A stretch of DNA of 64,000 bases. It comes from Pseudovirgaria hyperparasitica (Eukaryota). Below, piece by piece: positions 12,839 through 23,756 of this stretch. The notes below the pieces were generated by a model that had not been told where the DNA came from, made no database searches, and was given only the letters and a program-made list of their open reading frames with translations. The DNA lies in NCBI GenBank assembly GCA_010093815.1, contig ML996574.1; one strand, 5' to 3'. Numbering within the stretch: the stretch's first letter is position 1; each line of letters starts with the position of its first letter. The position numbers and the translations under genes are program-made.

Positions 12839-15426
12839 ATGACTGTGGAGCAAACCCCATTTCGGTATGACGCCCAATGAACGTGCATCGTCACCTTTTC
12901 TTTCAATTACGAAATGTCAACCGCTTCCCCGAATCTCTCCCCGCAGCCCAGACCGACACAAATTTTTTCTTCATCTTAATTCTCTTGCAAGAATTGGTGC
13001 TGTATAGCAATGCTATCGTGTTTACCTTGACACTTTGTTTAAGCTACAGCTGCATATCATTGGCCCATCCATAGGCTACAGCCTTCTTGTGTCCAGTCAT
13101 GTCGTTCGGCACAAATATCGACTTCAATACGCTGACAATGTTCAACAGCACACAGGATTGGCGCCTTCCGAGTCCTTCCTCAACTCCAACATCTCCAAGC
13201 ATCCAAGATCACCTATTGCTGACTCCCAAGACTGCCCCCTCGCACTCTCACTTTCTGGATGCATTTACTACTCCTGATGTCAATGCTGCCAGCACACCAC
13301 ACCTGACACCGTTGTTCACATTCGACTCTCCCGTCTTCAGTCATAGCAAGAACAGACTTCGTAGCCCAGAGGATCCGAGCTTTCATGTCAACCACTTCTC
13401 GCAAGACCTCACACTGCTCCCAGTCGAGCCTTCCCGCCGATTGACATCCTCACCAAACCCATCCTCTACCCCAGTCAAGCAGCGGGAGGTGCACCACAGA
13501 TCCAAGATTACGTCAAAATTGCCCTCGAACTCAGAGATGGACCCTTCCCAAATCCAGACCCCTCCTCCTACACGAGATTCTTCCTCTCGCAAGAAACATG
13601 GTCAGCCACAAAGCGTGTACCGTAATATAACTCCTGCGACTACTGGTCACAGATCAACTCAAGTCTCAACCCCAGTGAACCAAAATGCTTTCAATTCGAC
13701 TCCAGTGCAATTCCCTTCACTCCGGTCATCCACAAGCGGAACCCCAATCTTCGATGCTGGACCCTTGACCACTCCTATCTATTCCCAGCGGCTTTTCTGG
13801 GAGGATGACTCTGTGCAGCAAGATATGGGGATGAATGTAAACCTGTCCGTAGATCCGTTCGGACCTACACCAGGGCGGAACAATACACCCTTTGGCTGGC
13901 CTTTAGTCGATTCGGGCAACCAAATGCAATTCAACGACCTCTCGCAGCATAACACAACGAATGCGTCGGACACAAGTTTACCATTCACTTCCACCAGCGG
14001 TGATGGCCTGACCACTAGCAGTTTTACAACCGGGTCATTCGCGGCTACCTCAGGGGTAGATCCGTCAATGCTGTTCAGTTTTGGTGGGCCTTTCGATATG
14101 AGCGGATCGAATAAAGACCTTACAGATAACCAACCTGTCGTCGACCATCTGGGGCGGCGGCCTTACGAACAACAAACAAGAGAGTTTGAACAAGAGCGCC
14201 AGCAGCGTGAGCTAGCAAAACAGCGCAAACAGCAGCAACATTCCCGTACTAATACAACTTCATCGTCAGGATCCAGTGGCCAGCCCTCTCGACCCCTGAT
14301 TCAGAGAAGTAGAACAGAAAGTACGATATGGCGCGACTCCAACACTGCTTTTGCACAATCCCGAACGCCCACGTCGAGCAGCCAATTGGAACACATACCT
14401 CGCAGGTCATCCCCGTTGAAACGCCTTAGCAGTCAAGGAGGCCTCAGTGCGATTGCTGAGACGAACCGCAGCCGGCCACGGACACGTCTAGTCATTGATG
14501 AGTCTGGTCGTGCCAGGACCGAGACAGACCCTTATGTTCAAGCCCGGCAAGAAAAGACACCACAACCCAAGTACCGGACGCAGTATCCAGGTCATTGGGA
14601 CACTGACGACAGCAGTGAAGAAGACGAGGATCGGCCTGTGTCTAGTCGCACAAACTCTTTCGCTTTCCCTGCTTCATCTACAAGACCCTCTTCTAAACAT
14701 GCACGTGATAGCCTAGGCAAGTCTGGCAGTGCAAAGAAGGCTCGTCCCACATCATTCATTTCCCTGACCAAGGCGTTCGAGAAGCCCGGTCCAGACGAAA
14801 TCAGCGATAGTCTGAGAAGATATAGCATGTCCAGCTTCAACGATTCTCTAGGCCTGTCGAGTGTGAGTGCCACCGAGCCAGGCGACGCCCAACACGCTTT
14901 GAAAGCGATACGTCAAGGTCGTGAAGGGCGTATTAGGACCCAACGTATGTTAGTAATTTTTGGTTTATGCCTTGACGCTAACGTTACTGTAGAACGAGCG
15001 GCACAGAACACACTGAACGCGCACAACAAACGATGGTCGCAGGCTGCTGCCGTGGACATTATGAAGCTCTCTTATGCGGATCCCTTCACATCATCACCCA
15101 CAAATCGCACCGCTGACCAGTCCCTTGATTTCGCGACGCCAAGCACAGATCGTAGTAGTGCATCAGCGGACAGTACACGCTGCGTTTGCATGTCTCTCGA
15201 GGGAGAAGGGCTTATGATACAATGCGAATCGTGCACCAAATGGCTCCATGCCACCTGCGTTGGTGTACATCCACAGAACGTTCCATCCGTCTACTTATGT
15301 ACTTTCTGCACCGGTAGTACCCCAGCAGCACGAGGAGGCAGAGCAAGAGAGCCAATGATGCGAGCTCCAGTGAACGCATACGCCAATACAAGTCCATTAA
15401 AGCACAAGTCAACATACCGACGATAG
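12839..15426 (+). CDS. PHD-finger protein with long disordered Ser/Pro/Thr-rich N-terminus. Start uncertain: spliced ATG 12839 (intron 12865-13148) or ATG 13099. Probable in-frame intron 14945-14992
   Basis: C-terminal C4HC3 PHD: CVC...MIQCESCTKWLHATC...YLCTFC. GCTGAC...CAACAG at 13131-13148 looks like a branch point and acceptor; GTATGT...GCTAAC...TAG at 14945-14992. Confidence 0.85.
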
Positions 15427-16372
15427 TGGACCATGTCGGCCTCGACTGTTACGGGTCACTACCTCACCTGTGACATCACACACTCCTGTACCTTCACTGG
15501 CTTTACTTGTTGCATAGCACTTCATTTGTACAGCATATACTCCGGATGATCCTGATCAGTGCATCATTTCTCTGCACATCGTAGATGACCTCATCAACCC
15601 ATAATTTTCACCTTCTAATACTCGGTAACAATTTTACAGGCGCCACAGCACACCTTCATACACCCTTTTCATTCACACTTTCCTTGATGACACATTACGC
15701 GGCCGCGATTTCATGTTTTGACGTTTACATCACGGCCGTACACATTGGAGATGACGTTGGAGTTGGATGTACTATGCTTCAAAAGTTCTCAGTCTTTGGG
15801 GGATGCGTCGCCTTAAGGACATAGCTTAGCTGGTCTAAGCTGCTCATGGAATCAAAGTTCATTCTTGGGCGAAGTCGAATAAGGTACTTCATTATTTGGC
15901 AGGCGAGTTTAATAAGGACAAGAGAAATGCTTGGTGCGCGTCGTACCGCTCAGCAAATGTTTCCATTCAGAGTCTGTAATATAGAGGAGTGAGTATTACT
16001 CGCCCTGATCAGTGAGGGAGTGTTTTGTCTTTAGCGAACGCATTTATTCGTTCGTCGATTTTGTACGGTGCATAAACACAACCTGGGCACACAGGCAGCC
16101 ATTATATATGTAAATACAGCCAGCACAGGTTAAGATTTTTTTGTCAGGACAATGGAACTTATCACTTTGATCAACGCCGTTATCCTTGAGAGAGACTAGA
16201 TGCAGTGCCATGTCTTTTGTATAACAGGTTCTTCATGTGCAGTACGTGCGTGCCCACACTCCTTGCGCCGTGCCTTGGGTATCTCATGCTACTCTATGCT
16301 CATGGCGTCGCGCTCCAATATCGAACTGTCCTCGCCCTCCATCATGGTTATCAGATCCACGCACTAACTGGC

Positions 16373-17638
16373 TCAACGCAAATCTGGTCCGTCACCCCAG
16401 TCGCCTAGCCCACCCAATACACTCTTCTTCGTCCGCATCGCCAGTTCCTTTACCGGACTTCCACCCATTCTCCCCACTCCTCCTCCTCCTCCACCCCCCC
16501 TCGTCAGTCCCACAGGCGTGCTGCTGCTGCCGCCATGCACCGCCACATTTGGCACTCTCACCCGGGGCTCCTCCCTCCTCGTCCGATCCCGCGCGAAGAT
16601 CTGCAGGCCGCGCAGATGCGTATCCTTGCCGTTCTGGTGATTCTCCATGATCTTGACCTGCAGCAGATGCGCGCGAAGCGTCGGTGCGCGGCGGCGGCGC
16701 CGTCGGCGTCTACGATGTGTAGATTTCGTTCTTGTGCTGGTGTGTTCGCGCGGAAGGGGGCTCTTGCTGCCGTCGCGCGAGACGGGCGGCGATGGGGACG
16801 TGCTCGGCGTGCTGAGTGGGAATGCGTCGTCCGAGTCCGCGTCTTCGTCGTCGTCGTCATCATCTGAGTCTGCAGCATCGCTGTGGTCGTCTGCGTCGTC
16901 GCTGTCGTCTAGATACTCGTATCTTCCTACGTTGCTCATGTCCACGCTGCACCAGCCGCGCGGCTGCTCCAGGCGCATCTCCGCCCACTCGACGAGATCG
17001 TTGTAGCCCGTGCCGGCGAGGAAGACGATGCGTGTCGGGGTGTAGGACTCGTCGGCGTCGAAGTCGAGGAAGAGCCGGACGCCGGCGATGCTGACGCGCT
17101 TGAAGAAGTGTATGTTGAGGTAGTGCGGTTGCGGTCCGTCGGATTGCCAGAAGGCGGATGTGCTGGGTGAGCGCAGCTGGGCGATTGAGCAGCCGGGTTT
17201 GCTGCTGGAGACGGTCCAGGAGGCGAGGGAGGAGATTTCGCGGAGGTGGGCGGGGAGAGGGGGGTGTTGGGTTGGGGAGGTGGGTGGGAGGTCTGGGAGA
17301 GGTGGTTAGCTGGGGTGGTGTGTTTTGCGATGTGATGTGATGTGGTGCTTGGTGAGGGGCGTGATGAGGATGTTTACATTTGGTTGTGGTTGAATGAAGC
17401 AATTGAGAGGTTGTTGGATTCACGGTGATTGAGACGTACCGTGTGCCTCGTCTTCGTCTTCATCGTCGTCTTCTTCGACTTCGACTTCCTCTTCGTTGCC
17501 TTCTTCTACGTCTTCCATGGCATCTCCATCTTCGTCGATATCCTCGTCCTCGAAGCCGTCGTCTTCCAGGTCCTCATCGTTATCGGTGTAGCGCTGTTGA
17601 TGGGGCGGGGCTCTCGAGAAACGCGCGGACGGAGGCAT
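16373..17638 (-). CDS. APC10: Anaphase-promoting complex subunit 10 (APC10/DOC1); exons 17638-17440, 17292-16373
   Basis: LREISSLASWTVSSSKPG, FWQSDGPQPH, DESYTP, AGTG, ENHQNGKDTHLRG and a C-terminal LR tail. Intron GTACGT...GCTAAC...CCCAG. Confidence 0.93.
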
Positions 17639-18109
17639 TGTTGTGTTGGTTGAGAAGACGTTGATAGCCAGGTTCGTCTCTTAAGTTGCAGCTACGGGCA
17701 ACCTCCAAAGCTTGGGGGGGTCCTTGGTAGCTCCCCAACGCTTCGGCTATAATTACCATTTGATACAGAAACCAATTGTCTTCCTGGCCTGGTCTACTTT
17801 TTCCGGCACGTACTTCGACCAGGACTAAAAAGGGAGATGATTTACCTTACGTCAGGGCCAAATTGTTCAATAATGTTTGAAGCGTTCGCTGCAAAGATAA
17901 CAGACAGATTAAGCACGCACCAGCCGCCGTAAGCTATGGATGGTGCGGGGCTACAGTACTGTACCTAATTATAGTGGCCGTTATCTGTTGTTACGCGATC
18001 ACCTCATCAAGCTGTCCCATTGACAGAACTAAGAACAAGAGCTATTTAAGTAGCCTGGCTTGTCCAATTGATCAACCAGCGCTTTAATCTTAGAACTTAC
18101 TCTGTCAGT

Positions 18110-19376
18110 ATGTCAAAGGATTACGATACGTTCCATCTGGGAAATTTCAAGCTCAAGTCTGGAGGAGAAATACCAGAGGCATTTATCGCCTACAAGACGT
18201 TCGGAACGCCGGGTAATCCTCTGATCATATACCCAGTAGATAACCTTTTACTCGTGAAAGAACAGGGCTAACAATGCCAGACATGGTACTCTGGACTTAT
18301 AGCCAACAATGAATGGCTAATTGGTACAGACAAAACGTTGAACCCAGACAAGTACTTCATTGTGGTGACAGCACTCTTCGGCAATGGCCAGTCTTCATCA
18401 CCATCAAACACACCTTCTCTGAAACCTTTCCCAGAGGTTCTTTTCTATGATAACGTAAAAGCACAGTACAGGCTTGTTACCGAACATTTCGGTATCAAAC
18501 GTGCTAGAGCAGTTCTTGGATGGTCCATGGGGGCTGGCCAGACGTATCAATGGGCCTGCCAATATCCCGACTTCATGGACTTGATCGTTCCATTTTGCGG
18601 AGCGGCTAAGACGTCTCTCCATAATCAGGTCTTCCTCGAGGGGGTGAAATCTGCTCTACTGTCTGCCAAAGGAACTCATTCAGGTGGCATTGCGAAGGGA
18701 GAGGCAACTGAACCGAAAGACTACCGTAATTGGACAAGTGAAGAAAAGACCATTGGTTTGAAGGCTCTCGCTAGAGTGTATGCCGGCTGGGGACTCAGCC
18801 AGGCTTTCTACAGGGAGAAGTTATACGAGAGCTACTTGGGTTTCAAGAATCTCGAGCACTTTATGGTAGACTGGTGGGAAGCGTGGGCGCTCTCAAAAGG
18901 TAAATATAGTACTGCTGTCATGATCAGTAGACTATGTCCAGAAAGTAATGCTGATGAGTATCAGATCCGGAAAACATGCTCGTGATGCTGCAAACGTGGC
19001 AGGCCGGCGATTGTTCGGACCAGGAGCCATACAACGGCGATTTCGCGAAGGCAATGCAAGCTATCAAAGCCAAAGCATTGGTTGTACCAGCCAAAACTGA
19101 TCTATATTTCCCGTGAGCGATGCACACTTCATACGCAAGGAGACCATACTGAGCGGTGATACAGGCCCGAGGATTCTGAGATCGAGGTCCAGAATATGTC
19201 GCCAGGAATTGGTCAACTAGAGGTAATTTTCATACTGCACAGCAAAGAGACGGTACGTTTACTAATTGAAACAGGTATTTCCAACCATCTGGGGCCATTG
19301 GGCTGGAGGGCCAGGAGATAGCAAGGAGGACGTACAGTGGCTAGATGAGAAGTTGCGGGCGTTTTTTGGAAACTGA
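18110..19376 (+). CDS. Alpha/beta hydrolase, homoserine O-acetyltransferase (MetX)-like; introns about 18236-18280, 18900-18965, 19113-19164, 19223-19274
   Basis: F(K)LKSG...IAYKTFG, IYP|TWYSG, nucleophile elbow GWSMGA, DLYF(P) aspartate and WGHWAG histidine give a complete triad. Confidence 0.88.
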
Positions 19377-19716
19377 TAATTAGGGTCCTGTCGGTGCTTG
19401 AGGCTGGGTGAAATGGTTGGTACGACTTGACCGTATGCGGACTAGATAGTACGGCTTGGCGTTTCCCAGTCGAGCGCGAAGTCTCTCAAATCTTACACAT
19501 TTCCCATGATGTTTCACTGCTGCCGCCTGAATGAAAAGATATCTGGCATCCCTCGAGCCATGTTCCGAAGGTCAATGCACATGATCCGTAAAGCGGCTTA
19601 AATCATCATCGCCCGTGGTCGCGAGACGCGCTTCTTACCTTTAGCCAGCGCGCTTCACCAAGGCTACCACGAACATCGACTCTACCTCTTTATAAGTCCT
19701 CATCACAGCCATCGCC

Positions 19717-21910
19717 ATGGCCGCTCCAGAAATACGACAATGGGGACAGAATCCCCCGATTTCTACCGCTTTACCTACAGAGCAAGAGAACCAGCTCAAC
19801 GCTGCTCTTATTGACGAGCTGAAGCGGGAAAACAATTTTGAGAGACCGGAAGAGACGGAAAAGAGAGTGGAGATATTGAACACGTTCCAAAAAGTCACAG
19901 AAGAGTTTGTTAAACTTGTAGGCAGAAACAAAGGCTTGGCTCAATCTGCCATCGACAATGCTGGAGGCAAAGTGTTCACGTATGGGAGCTACAGACTCGG
20001 TGTCTACGGTCCAGGTCAGTTCAATCCGTTCTGACGACAGAAATATATGAACTCAGATACTATCTTTGAGCTGTGCTTAATTTTCTCTCAGGTTCTGATA
20101 TTGATACCCTCATCGTTGCACCTAAGCATTGCACTCGCGATGACTTCTTCCAGCTCTTCCCCGAGCTGCTCGCGAAGATGTCTCGCGCGGATGCCATCGA
20201 CGAAATGACACCTGTACCCGATGCTCACGTTCCAGTTATCAGTCTCGAGTACTGTGGGATAAGTATAGATTTGATTTTCGCACCGTTGGCGATATCCTCC
20301 GTGCCCATGAGCCTAGACCTCAAGGATAAGAATTTGTTGAAAGGGCTGAGCGATACAGATCTCCGCAGTGTCAATGGATCGCGTGTTACGGATGAAATTC
20401 TGACCCTTGTACCCCAAGTCAAGACATTTCGACATGCTCTGCGAGCAGTGAAGCTGTGGGCGCAACGTATGTTCATTGAAGCCGAGGTGGTTACGTCCAT
20501 GCTAACAGCTAGCAGGGCGTGCAGTCTATGCAAACGTCATGGGTTTCCCTGGTGGAGTCGCATGGGCCATGATGGTTGCTCGTGTTTGCCAGTTGTATCC
20601 CATGGCCCCTGGCTCTGTGCTTGTTTCCAAGTTCTTCAACCTCATGAAATCGTGGCCGTGGCCCCGGCCAATCATGCTAAAAGACATGGACGACGGTCCT
20701 ATCCAGCAGAAAGTCTGGAATCCACAGGTACATATCTCGTGGCGCAAGTCGAAGATTATAAACTCATGGTATGCAGATCTATCCAGGCGACAGACGGCAT
20801 CTGATGCCTGTTATTACCCCCGCTTTCCCTTCCATGTGCGCTACACACAACATCACTCCCTCGACGCAAAAGATTATTCTGAGAGAGCTTAGTCGCGCCA
20901 GTGATATTACGAACGAGATATTCATGGGCCGGAAGGCTTGGAAAGATCTGTTTCGCCGGCATACCTTCTTTACAGAGGGGTACAAATATTATCTCAGCAT
21001 AGTTGCCGCAAGTAGAACGAAAGATGCTCAGTCCATATGGTCTGGTCTTGTTCAGTCGCGACTACGAAGATTAGTCACGGGCATCGAAGTTTCGGATGCA
21101 AGCGTGGAGCTCGCTCATCCGTTTAACAAAGGATTTGAGCGTGTTCATCAGTGCAAAACTGACGAAGAGGTGGAAATGACGTTACAAGGGAGCTTGAAGT
21201 TTCAGGTCAAAGAAGTAAAGACTGAGACAACTGAAGATACTAAAGATATCAAGCAAGCAGTTGTTGCCGAAGGTAGCACAGAGAACGTTGAAATGCCTAA
21301 CAAGACACTTGGAGAAGTGAACAGTGATGGAGTTCGGACGATTTATTCGACAACATTCTATGTTGGGATAGAGCTTGAAGAAGGTAAGATCGCACAACCT
21401 ACGTGCCCTACCTTGATTCTGACTTTCTCAGGCGCCAAATCCCTGGATATCTCGTATCCCGTCGGTGAGTTCAAGAGGAACTGCACAGACTGGCCACAGT
21501 ACAACGACGAGCTCAATTCTCTGAGAATAGTGCATACACGGAAGTAGGTCGGGGACATGATTGAAATTTGTGTTGCAGATTTTAACAGCTATAGTTACGA
21601 CTTGCCCGATGATGTTTTCGAGCCCGGTGAGGTTCGACCAAGCAGAAAGAAGAAAGCGACATCACGCAGCAATGGCCAGAGTGCGTCCAAGCGAAACGTT
21701 GGAGAAGCAGGACTAGACGTGCGTGACAATCCTTGGACTCTGATTTCCTTTGCTTCCGTTTTGCGGCTAGTACTAACACGATTCGGCATGAGAGTGCCAA
21801 GCGCCAGCATGATCGAAGCTAACGTCTTATCTTTGGGTATCTAGGGTACAAATGGACATCCAGCAAAACGTCAACAATCGTCGACGGGAGTTTCGACGGC
21901 GGCAGGGTGA
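19717..21910 (+). CDS. PAP1: Canonical nuclear poly(A) polymerase (multi-exon)
   Basis: YGSYRLGVYGPG|SDIDTL nucleotidyltransferase motif, [58 protein letters not shown]. Last exon 21845-21910. Confidence 0.95.
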
Positions 21911-23756
21911 TTGGTGACACTCGATAATCTACTTTCTTTGTGTTTCCGTCGTTGCTCCCATTAAGGTTTATCCCTCGAAGAAGCCAAATGGATCTGACAT
22001 GCCCTGACGGGTCTAGGATATAAGGATCAGTAACGCCCTCATGGCTAAGTCCGCATGCAGCGCCAAGTGAGACTGTATTCGACATAGTATCGAGGCATGA
22101 CACCAAGGTGTAGACGCAGTGCCGCGTAGGCAAACCTCAAGGTCTGTTTTGCAAATTCCCTTTGATCAAGAGTCTCCTTTTCGCGGGACAAGTACGGGTG
22201 GTTGGTTCGGTGTGTCTATACTCTCACAAAGTCACAGTATTCGAAGAGTCAAGATGCATGGGCACACAGGAGTTTCTCGGCATTACAAAGAGTTGGGCGT
22301 CTCATTACGTCAAGACGTGCGCAGTTTAAGATTTCAAGACTTCACAAGGGAAGCACAGGAGGTGAGAGTACTTTGTACATAGCACATAGTTGAATTTACG
22401 TCCTTTTCGAGGTCTACGGACCTCTACCATCTAACACGAGGATCTTGATGGTTGATGCCGATATTGGGTGGTATCATAGTATGTACATGCAGCACTATTC
22501 TGGCGCGAGGACGTGCCCACGGCCCCAGGCCCCATCAGATGGGTTGAGCGCCCAGACAAACGGGCCACGTTCGCGCTGCACGCTGCAGCACGCGAGCCGC
22601 ACGCGGCTAAGCCACGCTCTACCACAGTACCTAGGTGTACAGCTACCAATACGCCTGATATCTTATATCCTACAGGGAAGATGGGATAGCTTATGGTAAA
22701 GTAGGATACTTACATTGCATGCCGATACACAGGATCCGATATCCGTAGACTCAACAGCAATTTTATGGATCCATGTTGCATACATGATAAATTAGTGAGT
22801 GATAGGATGCTTGTGCAGGATTGTGGCGCAGGTGGGTTGCTGCCTGAGCGGCTTGGCATCAGGCCCCCATCAGGCCCTATCAGGCTTCCCGTGCGGCGGC
22901 GGCGGCGTCCTCGTCGAAACCGTCACGCCGTCACCAAAACCAACAGAACTAACCTCATGTTTTGCTAGTCGGGAAACAAGGGTTAGGGTTACGGCTTTTC
23001 TAGCAATACAAGACTTTTCCTCTCCAGACGACGTGATCTCTGTTCTTCCAGTCTCTGGTTTCTGTTCGATCCCGCACCTTGCTTACTGCTGCGCCCAGAA
23101 GAAGCCTTTCTCCCTCCTCCCCTGGTCTTTTTGGTGTTCAGCCTTGTCCGACTAAAAGCTACTACCCTGAAGTCTCTCTCCGTTCCAGTCCTTCTTCGTC
23201 CCAGTCCAGTGCCCTCTTTTCTGCGCCCTCGTCATTCAGCTGAGCTGTGCTGTGCTGTATGTGCTGTATATGCTGTGTGCTGTGAGGGGCATACGTTCGT
23301 TCCATCACAGTCAGTGCAGAAGCAAGTGGTCGGGTTTTTCCATTCTCTGCCTCGGCTCCAGACTTGCTCACGACCAAGACGAATCTACTCCCAAGTCAAT
23401 TTTGGGGTCTACTACTGCGTCGCAGAATCACCAGCTTCTTTCTCACGACTCTAGCTAGGGCTGAGAGTTCAGCTTGAGCAAGGCCACCAGTTACAGTCGA
23501 GTCTCAGCTCTCCTACACAACACACACACACAGACAGGCCAGCCCGTCGCAGCGCTCGTCTGCTCCACACTACACACCAGTGACACCACGCACCGCCCAA
23601 CCAGCCAGTAACCAGCTACCAACAGCCAACTGAGCCAACCGACCCGACCGTCGTCCCTCCCAGGCCCTCTGCTCCACCCACTCTCTCCCCCCCTCCCGTC
23701 CTCTGCTCTCTTTTTACAACGTCTTCGCTGACCGTTCCCCCGTCGAGGTTGTTTTC

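Noticed and set aside
14945..14992. Apparent hydrophobic insert RMLVIFGLCLDANVTV in the PHD ORF (similar cases at 21384-21431, 33166-33219, 56064-56114)
   Set aside because: These are 3n, stop-free canonical introns read through by the ORF track, not protein sequence.
17708..17743. Short inverted repeat AAGCTTGGGG/CCCCAACGCTT in the APC10-hydrolase divergent promoter
   Set aside because: Too short and imperfect to distinguish from chance; no TSD or second copy seen.
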